From Candidatus Omnitrophota bacterium (GTDB lineage: Bacteria > Omnitrophota > Gorgyraeia > Gygaellales > Profunditerraquicolaceae): 64,000 nucleotides of DNA. How positions within the stretch are numbered: the first letter of the stretch is position 1; every line of letters begins with the position of its first letter. Shown here in pieces: positions 32,001 to 47,000 of the stretch. The notes beneath the pieces were generated by a model that saw only the letters and a program-made list of their open reading frames with translations, searched no databases and was not told the origin of the DNA. The stretch spans positions 12,575 through 76,574 of the forward strand of contig JAKPTF010000035.1 in NCBI GenBank assembly GCA_029571225.1, read 5' to 3'. The position numbers were made by a program, and so were the translations under genes.

Positions 32001-35000
32001 CATCATCCTTGCCGGTAAGCACTGCAGCACAAGGGTCCACGGTATAAGACCTGAAGAAACCGATCGCGATCTTCTTCACATCCTTCCTGTCCATCCCCTC
32101 ATCGATCTCTTGCTTATAGATACGGTACAGGCCGCGCACCTCAGCCGCGCAGGCGCGCTCCGCAGGTGCGCCGAGACCGCCGTCTTTGGCAGCCGGGGAT
32201 CGCAATAATTGCCGGACGCGTTCGTGCAGCGCTTCTATGGAGCCGTTGTTGTCGATGATACGTGTCCTCGGATCACCACGGAGAGCGTCAAGCGCCGGTT
32301 TCTGACGCGCTTCGATATCGCCTATCTGCTCCCTGCTCAAACCGCGCGCAGCGAGACGGCTGTGCCTCACAGATTGGTCGGCGTCAATAAGCCAGATCTC
32401 ATCGCACAGGTCATCCAGCTCCTTCATCTCATTGAGCACTGCGGCTTCGATGACAATCATGGCCTTTCCCGACCGTTTTGCTTGAGCTATCCCGGCAAGC
32501 GCCCGCTCTTTCATGGGCTCGAACATGATCGCGTTCAGGGCGCGGCGCTGCGATTCATCGCCGAATACGATCGCGCCGAGTTTCTTCCGGTCAACCGCTC
32601 CGTCAGGCGCCAGGACGCCTGCGCCGAATCTTTGTACGATCTTTTGAATCATACCCGGATCAGCCCTGACTTCATGGCCTATGGCGTCCATGTGAATGAT
32701 CCTGACGCTCTCCATGACCTCTCTCTCGATCAGTGTGCATACCGTTGTCTTGGCGCTTCCGATATACCCGGCTACGCCGATTATTCTGGGCGTGCGGAAT
32801 GCCCTGTCTGCGGCACCCGGAAGCAGCGATTTGGCCATGACAACAGTTCCGTCATATTCAAGCGGCCCGCGGAATCCGAGAGACCTCAGGAAGCCGACAA
32901 CGTCCCTGCACGGTTTCCCGGTCTTCTTATTGGGCCTGACATGCACGATCAATTCCGTTATGGCCGGATCCCTGCTGAACTCGTTTTCAAGCAATGCGCA
33001 GAATATGCGTCCGCGCCTCAGTTTAAGGTCCTGCGGATACGTGCGCCAGAAGCTGACCACTGCCGCGTTCCCCCGCGTCCGGACCCTGGCAAGCCCGACC
33101 CAAGAAGACCGCTCACCGCCTGTTGCCAGATAGACAGTGTCCGGTTTCCGCTCGCTGAACTCAAGCCGATATTCCGGAATTCCTGTCTTGCCGCCGTCCT
33201 GCTGCGCAGCCGCCTGCAGTGGCGGCACCGGCGCATTGAGATCAACGGCATGATTGAGAATATGCCATTGGCTGTCATTGACGTTATGCGCCCTGGCATA
33301 CTCCTGTAATGCATCTGCCCGCTCGGCAACGGCATATTCTTTCCACTGCTGCGTCCCCTGCATCACGTAGAGATCAGCGACAAGGCCCGAAAGCCGGTCA
33401 TGCACCGGTTTGTGGGTCAGGTCAGGCCGCAGGACCGTGCGCAGGTATGCATGGGTCCAGATGCCTGCAGGGCCTTTGTTTATAAGATCGGCTTCGGCGC
33501 ACAATTCAGCGAGCTTCTGCTCTTTCTCATCAATACTGCCGGCCTTTTTTTCGCTCAACCATTTCCAGTACCTGCTTTCCACAGCTCCAAGCAAGTACAA
33601 CCAATCAACTGCCTGCAGGTTGCATTTGAACTCTTCGAAGCTACGGACATTGCGCGCAGCTTCAGGAACCCCGTCCCTGAAAGCATCACCGGCGTATATA
33701 CCGAGGCTGGCCAGGCGCAGGTTCATCTCTGCCATAAGCCCCAGCGCCTTGCGCAGATCTTCGAGCGAAAGATTGCCCACCATGCCTATGAACTCGTCTC
33801 TGACGATGGTTTCGAAGAACGGCCGCAGCCGTATGAATGAGTGGACTATCGGGCCTGCAAGAAAGCCTGCATTGGGAGCGCGTTTCTCCCTTCTTTCAAC
33901 CAGATAATCCTGCGGGAAAGCCGTGCGCATATCATAAAGCAACGCTATTTTCTCCCTGGCATCCGTATCCGAAACTCCTGCAGAGCGCATTTTCTCGCGC
34001 AGAAACGCATCGGAACGGAGATCTAACCGGAATTCCGCCCTGTGATATTTATTCCACACCGGCACGTCAAGAAGCTTTGCCGCAAGTTCTGCCCTATCGT
34101 CGCGCAGCAGACGGGTAAATGCATATACACGGTGCTTCTTCGCAAGGCGCGATACTGCGCGCGCTGCGCGCTTCAGGTAAAAATCAGGCATTTCTTTGCG
34201 TTCCGGATCCATAAGCATCTTGACGGCGTGGTAATCAAACGGGAACATAACCGCATTGCGGAGAAAGGGCGCCAGCAGGCCTGCAGATCCGAACAACGAG
34301 ACGAGTGCCACGAATAAAGCGTACGGTAATCCGGCAATTGAGGCTCCGGCAAAAGCATATAGGCCTGTAACGACTGTGAACAATGCGCAGGCGCCACAAT
34401 AAAACGAAGAGAACCATTCAGACGATCTTTCTTTTTTATTCAAATAGACAATACGGCGAAACAATGGCGCTGGTGAAAAATCGAACGGTTCCATGGGTTG
34501 ATTCTCGTATTGCGGCACATGGTGCGGCCAGGTGGCAAACGTGGCATGCATCTTGTCAGGGAAATCCTTATACTCTTTGCCGCCTGTATATGTCAGCCAG
34601 GGAATCAATATAACAAAGATGAACACGCCTGCCGCAAACGCAAGGACCGGGATAAGCAGCCCGCCGTCCCTGACCTGCTGGCCGCCTGCTGTCTCCGGAT
34701 CGACTGCATGGTTGAGCAGGATCCAATCATTCTCGGTCAGCTCGTTCTCACGTGCCAGATCCCTGAGATACTGTGTTCGCTCATCTGCAGAGCGGTTCTG
34801 CCAATCGGACGTTGTTTCCTCTATATAAAGCTTGGATACGGCTTTTTTGATGTTCTCTGGCGCAGGGGCAAGCACAGTCCGGAAATAGACGAATGTCCAG
34901 CATCCGGCAGGCGCATCTTTATGCAAACCATGTTTATCGAACATCCGGAGCAAAAGCTCATCCTGTTCGATAATGCTGTAAAGAGCGAGCTCCCATTTGA

Positions 35001-38000
35001 TATGCTGGAAATCCTCGATGATATGGTTCTGGATGATCGAAACTGCAAGAGCATCAAGATACTGTTGGAACGCAGGCAGGCTGGTAACGCTTCGGCATGC
35101 TGCCGGGATCCATGTGGACACGGTCTTATCATCGACCATGTTCATCGAGGTCAGACGGGCCTGGAATTCCTGGGCATACTGCAGCGCCTGACGGAAGTCG
35201 TCGAGGGTGAGATTTCTCGCAAGATCGTACAGGGAAGCGGACCTGCCGTCCTGGAACCAGATCTTCTGGAGGTCAGGCAGGCCTTTCCAGTATATCGTTT
35301 CCTGGAATGCCTGCGCGTAGGCGCGGCCATGGGCCCTTTCGCGGGCGTTTTCCAGGATGCCTTGCTGGACCTCAAGCCGCAATGCAACGCGCCTGGAGGC
35401 ATATTCCCTGAGATCATCCGGTATTGCCGGATGGGCCAGTATTTGCCTCGCCTTATCAGCTTCGAACCGTTCGATCCAGTTATTAAGTATCGACACGAGC
35501 GATCCCCGCTCGATTCGTGCGAAAATCGGCGCTGCATTATCAACATCTCTATCGGTCAGATAATCTACGGAAACACGATCGAAGCGCCGGACAATCGCCT
35601 GATCATTGGCAAGGCGAAGGATATGCAAACAACATGTGCCTGCACGGCGGCCGAATACATCCAGCATCATCAAACACCATACTGCCAAAGCCTTTGAACG
35701 GGGTAATTTACTGATCAAATAGACGGCAAATGAATACCCGACGCATCCCAGAACAATCGACATATATATATTTCGCGTATTCCACCATACGAACATGGGA
35801 TATATGGCCGGAATGACCCATGCGATAATAAATGTAAGGATGATCGGCACGGCATTGCTCTGCATCCTCGGATTCGCTGCTGCGGGATACGCCGGCTGAT
35901 CCGGCCACAGGCGCAGGTTCTTGATGAAACCGAACGGCCGGAGCAGGGACTGTCCGCCAATACCTCCATCGAAATTCTCGAGAATATATCCGTGCTTTTC
36001 CATATGATCCGTGCTGACAAACGCGAACGTCGGGCTAACGCCGGCCTCGCGGTTGGGTACTTTTATTATGCGGTAAAGGCCTAAGAGCCAAATGGAGTGC
36101 ATACCGAGGTACAGAGTCTCATCAGTTGCATTAAAAAAGACATGTTGTATCAGGCGGGAATGAAATATATCGGATTCACCACAGGCATAGTCCCGCAAGC
36201 CGAACTGGAGGCCTAAACGGGATGACGTGCTGATGCGCGTCGTATTTGAACGGCCGTCTTCGATGATCAGCGTATCCCACGTTTCGTGAAAATCGCCGGT
36301 GCGATCGCCATGGCACAAAAGCGATGACAGGTATATGGAAAAAGACAATTCTTTCCGGTCATATACCAGTGTAAACCGCCTGTTATCCGGCTGCCATATG
36401 ACGGTATCCCGTGTTTTTTCCCTTCGCAGGGCGTCTACTTTATCCAGATGTTTCGCAAGAAGATCAAACCTGGCCTGCGCCAGGCGCATGTGATGATACC
36501 GTTCATCATCGATCTCATCGAGCTTATCGAACGGGATGAAGCTGCTTCCGATCGGCAGGCTTGCGAGCAATTCCTGTTCATTCCTGAATGACTCGATTTT
36601 TTTACCGGCTATCGCGGAGACCGCCAAAGAACTGGTTTGTGCGCGCACAACTATCAACGCTTCAGACGGTTTCCCGAAGGCTGAATTTGAAAGTTTGCGG
36701 AATATGATATCACCGGCTTGTATCTTTTCCAATCCGGATATTTGGGGGGCAAAAGACTGTAACTCTGACATGTGGTTGGAAAGCTTGTGTTCTTCAGACA
36801 AAGTGTCCTTGTTAAATTCGCTCAGATACAGACGCATCCAGTCGCGGAGGCTGCGGCAAGGACTTGTCTTTTCCTGGCGCAGAAGATCAAACGCCGGCGG
36901 ACCGCGTAAGTCTTCGACAACATTGCGGTCAAACCACGATAAATCAACCGATGCCGCCTGGCTGATCGACTGCGCAACACCATGAAGGTCATCGTCGCTA
37001 ACGGATCTCATGGATCCGAAGCGGATCGTATTGTTTATCTCCGGGCAAATCCCTGGTACGCGGCTTGCCAGGGCATGCGCGGAGGACTGAAAAAGCAGCG
37101 CTTCATCCCTGGTAAGACTTCGGTACGCTTCAACCCGTGCAAGGAACGCGGATACTTCGGCATTGATACCGGGCTGTTCGCCTTTGCTGCGAATATAGAG
37201 CAAGTGCGCAGGCCTCATAAGCGCCATGAACATGAATATTTTCCTCTGCGGGATAGTCAATTCTTCCATGGCCTGCTTCAGCGCATTATTCATAACCAGA
37301 CAATACGTTGTACTGCCCTGTGCCTCATCCATGATGTTCACATCCCAGGGGCTCTCAGTGCGATCCGCCCAGAAAAACCCCGTTGAGCCTTTTGTAAGAG
37401 CGCAATAATAACACGGGTATACGATCTTCATCATGGCCAGGCCATGCTCATAAACCCTGGTATCCATGGGAAGCGCGACAAAATCCGCAGAGTGCTTTTC
37501 GATGAACGAAGACTCAAGCGCAAGCTCCCCGGCAATAAAACTGATGTTTCCTTTCCTGTCCGCGCCTCCGTCTTTGGGCTTCTGCGCATAAAGATTGACC
37601 TCATACAATTCAGACCGTTCCCAGTACGGGAACGCTGCTTTGGCAAGCAGCGCCCGTTCGTATTCGTTCAATTTCATATCAGAAGCAATCCCGTCAATTA
37701 TTGCCTGTTTATCCTTGGCCGGCAGCGCGTTCCAGTCATGCCTGCCCTGCTCCACAAAAAGCCTGCTGGCTGCGGCAGACGCCTGATTTTTGATTAATCG
37801 AATTTTACCGCCGTGGGGAAGGGTTTCAGAAACAAAAGATTCATCTTCCAGTACCGTGTTTATATATAGTCTCGTCCAGCCGCCCGAAGCCACCTGCTCC
37901 TGAAACGCCAGCTCCCTGCAGATATCGATCAGCTTTTGGTCTCTGCTGAACCACCGATTGTACCTGGTATAAGCTCTGTAACGGGATGTGATCTCAGTAA

Positions 38001-41000
38001 TGATCGCCATGGCCTTGATAGCATCCAGATTTCGCTTGAATTCGGCAAGGTCAACTGCCAGACAGGCGGCGGGGATACCGTCATTAAATAATGGTTTGAT
38101 ATCGACTTTACCGTTCAGATACACATAAAACCCCTTGATATGTTTCAGTGCCTGTTCGAAATCCCGTGCAGGAATAGTTTTCAACAGGCGCAGGAAGTCC
38201 GTGTTTGAGAACAAATCCCTGAAGAGCCGGTCAGCATCTGCGTTTCTTTCATTCTCCAGCAATCTGAAAACGGAACGCTGATCTAACGGATACGCCTTGA
38301 TCTGGTTCAGCATATCGTAAATCAACTTCGCCTTTTCCCTGCCGTCCGGCTCCGATGCCGCAGCCGTGACGATCTTATAGTAAAATTCGGTTTCTTTCTT
38401 TGCCCGCGGCAATAATATCCAATCGCGCCTTTCTTTCAATTCACGCGTCATTTTCCACCACGGATGGTCGACGATTTTGATTGTTTTCATTTCCTGGCCA
38501 TTGATAAGCCACTGGGTCAATACGCGCATCAATACATCATTATCCAGCCGCCCGTACAACGCTACTGCCCGGGCATACTCCTTATCTGCAATAGACGCGG
38601 GATCCTGTTCATCGAAATCCCTCATTTCCTTCAGGTCATTCCCGAATGAGCTCACTCTCTGTATAAACAATTGGACCCGCTGCGCCCGTGCAATAAGCAG
38701 GCACAATCCGGTGGTGAGACCCAGAACGATTAATAGTGCCGTTTGATTATCTACTAAAATAAAACAGGCAACGATGGTGACAACCAGGAAAACGCCGAAA
38801 GCGAGTATATTAAAGAATTCCTCTTTCATGAGAGAAAGATCGCCTTCTTTTACCTGTGCCATCTGCAGGCGGATACCCGGCTCTAACAGAATCTCGCTGA
38901 TTCCGGTGCCGGATCCCTGCTGCCTGCCGCCGTCTTTTAAAGGCGGGAGCGCATCTTCGGAAATGCCAGGATCCAGGGATTTATTCAGATGGTACCATTC
39001 CTTAAGAGAAGATAACTGATTGTCCTGAAACAGGGTTCTCATGAATCCGGCTTTCTGCTCGGGCGTATACGCCTTCCACTCAGGTTTTGATTGCTCGTTG
39101 AAGATCCTGAATACTGCTCTTTTGAGATTATCCGGGCCATGTGCCAGGATAGTTTTCAGGTATACGTGCGTCCAGGAACCAGTCTGGCATCTCGTCCAGA
39201 GTTCCAGATCATCGGCGAGTTCCTTCAAATACGCGACCTGCGCGAGCGTATCATTGGCGCGGTATTGTGCCTGCTGCCATTTGATAAACCTGGCAACGAT
39301 GCCTTCGATGATCACCATGCTCTCGACGCCCTTAAGGTTCTCCCTGAAAGACTCGATGCTTGCCACACCACGGCATGCGGCCAGCAACCCTTCATTGACC
39401 AGCTCACCTGTGCCGAGGCCTGAACGCGCCAGGAATGCATACAGGCCGCTAATCAGTTTCAGGCATTCCCGGAAATCCTCGACAGACAGGTTACGCACCA
39501 GATCCTTGAATTCCTCGCGCGTGCGCATTTCGACAAAATCCTTTTCGATTTGCTGCGCGCGAACATCCCCCAGGGATGCGCTGTTCATATCCCTCAGCAT
39601 ACTGCATAATGACTTAACTTTTGCCTTGGCGTCACCGAAAGACGGCACCGCATCCTGCATTGCGTCAAGGAGAAGTGCCTCATTCTGTATCAGAGATTCA
39701 TATACCTTGCGTCCTCTGCTCATCGGCCGATGCGCCATAATAAGCGCTATCTTGTCGGACTCTCCCCTGAACAGCAGGTCCTTTAAAAGCAGAACGGTCA
39801 TGTAATGCGTGGTCCAATAGATGGCCCTGCTGGCGTTTTTGATCTGCCGTTCTGAAAGGGCCTTTGTTTGAACTGCATAAAATGTATTCAGGGCTTCAAA
39901 TGTCCAGGAAATACGCCACATTTTCCCGAAAAGACCGTACATATAACGGGTAAATTTAAATATACAGGCAAAGAACATCCAGATAAACGGCCAGATTGCT
40001 GCTAAAACTACCGCCGCAAAAATGCCCGTGTTCTGCGATATGATTACGCCGCCTACGAGATGCGGGCCGAAGATACCAAAGGCCACAAGCCCAGAAATCA
40101 AAAGAATACCACTGATAGAGTGCCATGGCAAGAAGCCTTTCGTAATGATCTCAAGAGCACGTTTAGCCTCCTGCCAGAAAATGTTGGTCAAGTACTCTAT
40201 CAGCCGCTGCCTGGCAAGTTCCAACGACAGCCTTCGATATTCCTCGTACGTATAGGGGAATCCTTCTGCCTTATGCCGCGTGCTTCTGCCGCCGTCCTTC
40301 TGGCCATTGCCGTTGACGTCACGGCGGCCTGCGGCGTAGAACCCGCGCTCCTGCAGGATCTCGTCGCGGATGATCGAAGCAATGGCAAGCGGCACGTTCT
40401 CGATGTCGCCCTCAACAACCCAGTGCGAATACACCTGCTGGACATAGGTAATACCTTCACCGATGCCTAAACCGATGACCTTGATGCCTTCAGCTTCGGC
40501 TTTCTCAATTTCCTCCTGCATGACCGCGGTATTATTGAAGTGGCCGTTGCCCTCTCCGTCTGTGATGATGATAATAACACGGCTATCTACTGTTTCTTCG
40601 CGCATCTTTTCTACTGCCAGCCGCAGCGCATCGACGTCGCATGTAGCGCCGCCACCCATGAAGTTTATGATCTCGCTGATCAGCTCTTCTTTTTTGGCCA
40701 GGTCAAGCTTCTCGTCAAATTCTTTGTGCACCCATGCCCCTGAATGAAACCCGATGACGTTGAATTCAATGTTCAGGTACTGGAGCGTCTCCATGAGCAG
40801 GACCAAACCATGGATCTCGTCTTCCACGCGGCCCATCGCGGGAATACTGCCGCTTTCGTCCAGCAGCAGCGAGAACCTGTGGCTGCGCGATTCCGGCCGC
40901 GTCTTGCGCAGCCAAACCTTATCGTCGCTAATGCCCTTGACCTCATATGCGATATCCGCCTGCATTAGCCTGCGAAGGTCTATCTTCTTGCCGGTGCGGT

Positions 41001-44000
41001 AGAAACCCTTGAAGCGCGGCTTTGTATCCTTGTGCAGGATGTTGTCGAGATAACCGATGAGCGTATTGATGATGACGCTGACCGGGGCGTAGTATTTGTC
41101 ATAATCAGTAGAGTGCTTTTTGCGCTGGATCTCGAATTTACGCTTGAGGTCGATCAGATCGCCCAACGACCTGCCTTTGAACTGCGCATCGCGGGCCGCT
41201 TTCTTCTGGTCAAGCCGCTTGTCGCTATCCTTATTGCTTTTCCTGTCCGTTTCGTCTTTCTTTGGTTTTTCGCCGGCTTCCTGCGCTGCCTTTGCTTCTT
41301 CTTTTTCGCGCTCTTCCTGCTCCTGGCGCAGGCTTTCCTCCGCCGCTTCGATCTCATTCTCCTTCTGGGCTTTCTCTTCCGCGTTCTTTTCTGCGTGCGT
41401 ATATACCTTTGCGCCGAATTTATCAGCCATTTCCTTCGATTTCTCATCGACGATCTGGCGCGCACGTTGCACGATCTCTTCTTCGCTTAATTCATGGTCC
41501 CAGTCCTCTTCGTCGTTCTGGTCGCTGCTTCCACCTTTCTGATCCTTATTTTGAGGTTCCTGGCCGCCCCCGCCGCCACCCTGCTGGTCTTTTTGATCCT
41601 TATTGTCCTGCTGGCCTTGCTGCCCCTGCTGGTCGCCCGACCCGCTACCGCTCCGGTTGCATTGCTTGCAGCCTTGTTGATTCCGTTTCCTGACCTGGTC
41701 CTTCACGAGATTTTCCGATTCCTGCACTAACGGCTCGTACACAGGCATGATCTTGTCGCGCAAGACACGCATCACGTTCTTGGACGCCTTGAGCTTCTCG
41801 GTCGCGGTCGGGTTGAGGTCCATAAGGACTTTTGTCTTCTCGTTGATATCCGGGGCTGATATCTTGCGTTCATGTCTGCGGTTATCTTTGATAACAAGAT
41901 CTTTTTCCCCGTCCCTGCGCACGGATAATCCCAGGTCTGGAGCATCGACTGCCTCATCGCCTTCAGGATACATGACTGTCTGGCGCCTGCCGTCCGCCGT
42001 TGTAATAGTCAACTTATCTTTGTCCGTGCGTTCAACGTCTATCGTGCCGGCAAGGGTGTTGAAGATGCCGGTATAATCCTTTCTGGTTTTCTCCAGAGCT
42101 TCCAGGACATTCTTGTTTTTGATGCGCGGATGCGGTTTGCCGTACGCCCAATCGTGTATGGCGCCAAAACCGTACTGCAGATGCGGCAGGACCTGCTGGT
42201 CATTGAATGGCTCGTTCGAGTCAGCGCCGAGCAGCTTGGGATCCTCATAAAGCGCGTCAATATACTTATCAGCTCCTTCGAATTTCTTTTTTGTCCAGTT
42301 ATTGACGCGCGGGTCTTCGAGGGCGTTCCAGACGAATTGCCTCGTCGGTTTCTGCTTGACGTACGGATCAGGGAAGGTGATGTCGCGATGGGCGCCTTCA
42401 TGAAGGCACGCGCCAAGCACGAATTCTTCCTTCTTATCAAGCAGGTCCGATTCCGGGCAGTGCATCACCGGCGGCTTGGCTTCAAGGTCAACGCCCCACA
42501 TGGGGCCCGGGCCGGGCTGGATCTTCATGTCATGGCCGAACGACCGGGCCATGGATTCGACGCGGCGCACCTTATCCTGAATCTTGCGTTCCTTTAATTT
42601 CCGGGCGAGCCAGTTCTCCTGGTCCTGCCTGGCATCGTCCGCAGCCGGCTGCTGCTCATTCTCATCCCCCCCGTCTTTCCTGCGCAAGACCGCGTCAGGA
42701 TGAACAAGCTTTGATGCAGCAATCTTCTCGGCAATGGCTTCTTTTGTTACGATGAGGGGTTTTACGACTGCGGGGCCCATTGCAAGCAGTTCTTCCCGGG
42801 TGATTTCGCGTGTCAGATTATCCAGGCTATCGAAACGTTCGATGATCGTCTTAAGCTGCGCATCGCTGATGGCGGCGACTTCTGATGCGCTTGCGATCGC
42901 GACCGGGCTGAATTCTTTCATGACACAAACCGTTTTATCCAGCGCTTTGTCAATCAGAGGCAATAACGCGCAGCACACGACCCGGTGCGCCAGCGGCAGA
43001 GGCGGGCCCGTGGTCAAGACAGGCGATGCCTTTCTCTGCGCGCGAATGATATCTTTTTCATTCGGGTTTATTCCGCTTAATGCCTCGGCAATGCAGCAGC
43101 GCGGCCACTGCGCATACAGAATATCTTCCAGCTCATCACTGAGTCTTTCCATTGCATCCAGGACAGCATCAGTACGCAGAGCCCGAGGTTCCATTGCTGC
43201 AAATTCCGCATAGTGCTGCTGCACATATGCCTCATCCAGGCTTAAGGCTTCAGCGATAAACCGTATATTCGCATCCTCTTTTTCTCCACCGTCCGCTTCC
43301 TGCTCTTTGGAGTACGCCGGGATATCTTTATTCGGGTCAAGCGCTTTGTTCAGCTTATACCATGCATGGCCGTTAAGCCGAAAATCCCTGGCCAATGCCC
43401 GCAGGAATGCATCTTGTGCGGATGGAGAACGGCCTTTCCAATCAGGCATTGCCTGTTCTGCGAACAATTTTTTTACCGCTTCTTTCAACGGTCCCTCATC
43501 TTTCTCAAGGATCGCAGCATAATAGACCTGTGTCCAGGCGCCAGCTGGGCCTCTTGATTCCAGTTCCATCTCCTTGCTCAATCGGAGAAGCTCTTGTTCC
43601 TGCAGGAAAATGTTCTCCTGGCGGTATTGCTTGGTTTTCCACTCGTTGAATTTAACGATAATACCTTTAACTATCTGCTGGCCCTCAATACCTTGTATGC
43701 TGGACCTGAATTCCTCAAGGTTTGAAACTGCGCGCGCCGCAGCGGGAACTCCCTCGGAAAGCGCCTCATTGGGATCAATATCCTTGCTGCTTAGAAACAT
43801 ATACATATCTTTGATGAAATCGAGGCTTTTACGGAAATCATGTGTCGGCAGGCGGCGGATCAGATCAAGGAAATCAGGATTCCTGCGCATTGTCCCGAAT
43901 GCCGCTTCAAAATCGACCGCCTTGCCCCAGACGTTTTCGAGCATTGCGTCTTTAAGGGCGACCAGTGCATTGACATTATCGCGCGCTTCTTCCGGCGACC

Positions 44001-47000
44001 AGGACATGATCCATACCTGGTCAAAGAAAGAAGCTTCCTCGCGGATATCCTCTTCAATCGATTTCTTCTCTTCGTCGGTCCATACGGACTCAAGCTCAAG
44101 GATCCTCTGTATCCTGTCCTCTTTTCCGTTGAGCAGCATCCGGCGGAGCACCATGGCGCGGTATTTTGCAGACATCTGTTTCAGGAATTTTCCCGCGAGT
44201 GCAATATCTTCCTGTGATATGTCTTTCACAGGCCTATCATAAACCTTTGAAAATCCGCGGAACCTCTTGTCAAAACGGACCGACCGCACGGCGAACCGCA
44301 ACGCATTAACCCCTGTGTAGAGCGCCAGCGTAAAAGCAAAAAAGATAAACAACGGCACGAAACATACGGGCTGCAGTAACAGTCCGTACCAGATCCAGTC
44401 AATGATAGTGTAAAGATATAAGTGAACACCCAGGAACACATCAAGCAGATATGCCGCGATGGCCGGCATCCACACAAAACCAGCCATCAAATAAACAAAA
44501 AGATACTTGCAAAATATGTCCTCCAGGACTGCATTCAGTTTCGCGCGCGTACCTAACCGCTCCGATTCTTTGCCCCTGATAAATTCGTGTTTCATATCAT
44601 CAACAGGGAACACAGGCGCATCGCTGCCGCCATCTTTAACCGGATTGGCGCATTCAGGCGCGCTGATACCTTTGGTCAAACAGGAATTAACGATCTGTTC
44701 CATTTCCTCCGGCCTGAACTCGCCGTCGATCCAGAATTCCTGGAACTTATTCCTCATGGCCAGCGAAAGCCGGTTGCGGCCTGCATACCTGCTCGGGTTC
44801 ATGGCGGCGAAGAGGCGGAAATCAGGATGCGGCCGCACCATTTCGCCCTCATGTTCGGTGATGACCAGGTATCCGTCGTCGTCAAGCAGGGAATTGATGC
44901 GCTCGAGTATCTGCGGTTCTGCGAGATTGATCTCATCGAGCAATATCCAGTATCCCTTTTTCATCGCCTCAACAAGCACGCCGTCGCGCCAGCCATATCT
45001 GCGCTTACCCTCTCCTTCCAGAGGCAGATATTCGCCGATAAGTTCCGACGTATCGGTCTGGCCGTCAAGCGACACGCGCACGAAATTGGCATTGGCCAGG
45101 CGCGCCATATAACGGATAAGCGACGTCTTGCTGGATGCGGTCGGCCCGACAAGAAGGACATACTCGCCCATTTTTATGGACGGCGCGATCCTCACCAGGT
45201 ACGACAGCGTTGTCTGGATGTGAACAAGCGCCGCATCAGGTCCTGGTATGTACGGCCCGCCATGCCGGAGCTTTTCAACCCTGACACCGCTGAAATCGAC
45301 CCCGTCAGGATCATCGGTAATGCCGTACGTGCGTGACGCCTGCGCGGGAACATGGCAATGCTTTGCAACAATCCGGTCGAACACCGCCTTGTCCTTTGCG
45401 GTGCGCAAACAGCTGCCGTACACCTCTTTCATCTGGCAGCACAAAAGGTCATGCAAGTCACCCTGGCCGTTGTTGAGCAGGTTTATCCTGTTCGACACGC
45501 GCAGGAGGTTGCGGAGGGTAAAATAATAGAACTCCCCCTCCTCTGAACCGAACAGTCCTTCGACGCCAGCGGTGCGGATTTCGTAGTGAAGGTCGCGGAT
45601 GATCCGGAGGCTGTTGCCGTCCACCTGCGTGAACTTGCGCTCGAGAAGGTCAAGGAGCTCCGATTCCGGCATCTCGTCGATCCATTTGACCCTGAACCGG
45701 TTCATGAAGGCAGGCGATAGCGCCTTGCGGCCCGCATATTCCACCGGGTTCATGGTCGCAAAAAGCCTGAAGTCCGGGTGGGGCACGATCTTTTCGCCTT
45801 CGTGTTCGCGCAGGATTATGTTGCGGTCGTCATCGAGCAGCGAGTTAATGCGCTCGATGATCTGCGGCTCAGCAAGGTTGATCTCATCCAGGAGCAGCCA
45901 TTGGCCTTTTTTCATCGCGTCGATAAGGATGCCGTCGACCCAGGCGAATGAACCGTTGATCTGCGGCCGCGATCCGCCGATGAACTCCAGCTTGTCGGTC
46001 TGGCCGTTCAAGTTGAACCTGCGGAAATCGTTATTTGTCATGGCAGCCAGGTAGCGGATGAGGGATGTCTTTCCGACGCCGGTCTCGCCGACGAGAAGCA
46101 CCTGCTCGTTCATGGCCACCGCATACGCAAGTGACTGGAGGTTATGCACGGTGCTGGGCGTATGGATCAGCTGCGCCGTTGCCTTATTGGGCACGTATGC
46201 CCCGGCTTTTTGGTTGACCGGAAGGACGGTCAGGCCCACGGTCACCTCGTCATCCGTAACCTTTATGGCATCCTGCGGCGTTGGAACAAATACCGCAGTA
46301 TCGGCGCCGCTCGCCGCTGCTCCGAGGTCCTGCAGAAGAACCGCAAACTGCCGCATGTCTTTCTGTGTTTCCATGCGGTCCTGATATACGTACATGGCGC
46401 CTTCCAATACCGCTTTCTCGGTCCCGATGGACTGATACATGTTCACGAAACGAGCCCACGATTTCAAGTCCCTGATGCTGAACACATACCCCTGCAGGCC
46501 GCTGCCGGAGAGCGCGCCGGTATTGACGAGCGAAAGCAGCCTCATATGCAGCCTGACCATTGCCCCGGCAATCGCGTCCTTATCCGGTACCTGCAAATAC
46601 CTGCCCACGATCGTGATCAGCTCATCCTTTTGGAAATTGCCGTCAATCCAGATCTCATGGAACTTGTTGCGCATTGCTGGCGAAAGCTTGTTCCTGCCGG
46701 AGTACCTGCTCGGGTTCATGGCGGCGAACAGCCTGAAGTTCGCATGCGGCCTGACCTGCTCCGCCTCATGCTCGGTAACGATGATTGAGCCATCGTCGTC
46801 AAGGAGCGGATTGATGCGCTCGAGGATCTGCGGCTCGGCGAGATTCACCTCGTCCAACAGCACCCAGTATCCCTTTTTCATCGCATCAATAAGGACACCG
46901 TCGCGCCATACATATTTCCTGCCAAAACCGTTGCCTTCAGGCGCGTATTCGCCGATGATCTCTGCGGTATCGGTCTGGCCGTCAAGGGACACACGGACAA

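Noticed and set aside
41500-41660. Simple-sequence/microsatellite DNA (cag/ggc/caa runs) as non-coding repeat
   Set aside because: It is in-frame within the giant ORF and encodes a Q/G-rich linker; it is recorded as a coding low-complexity region instead.
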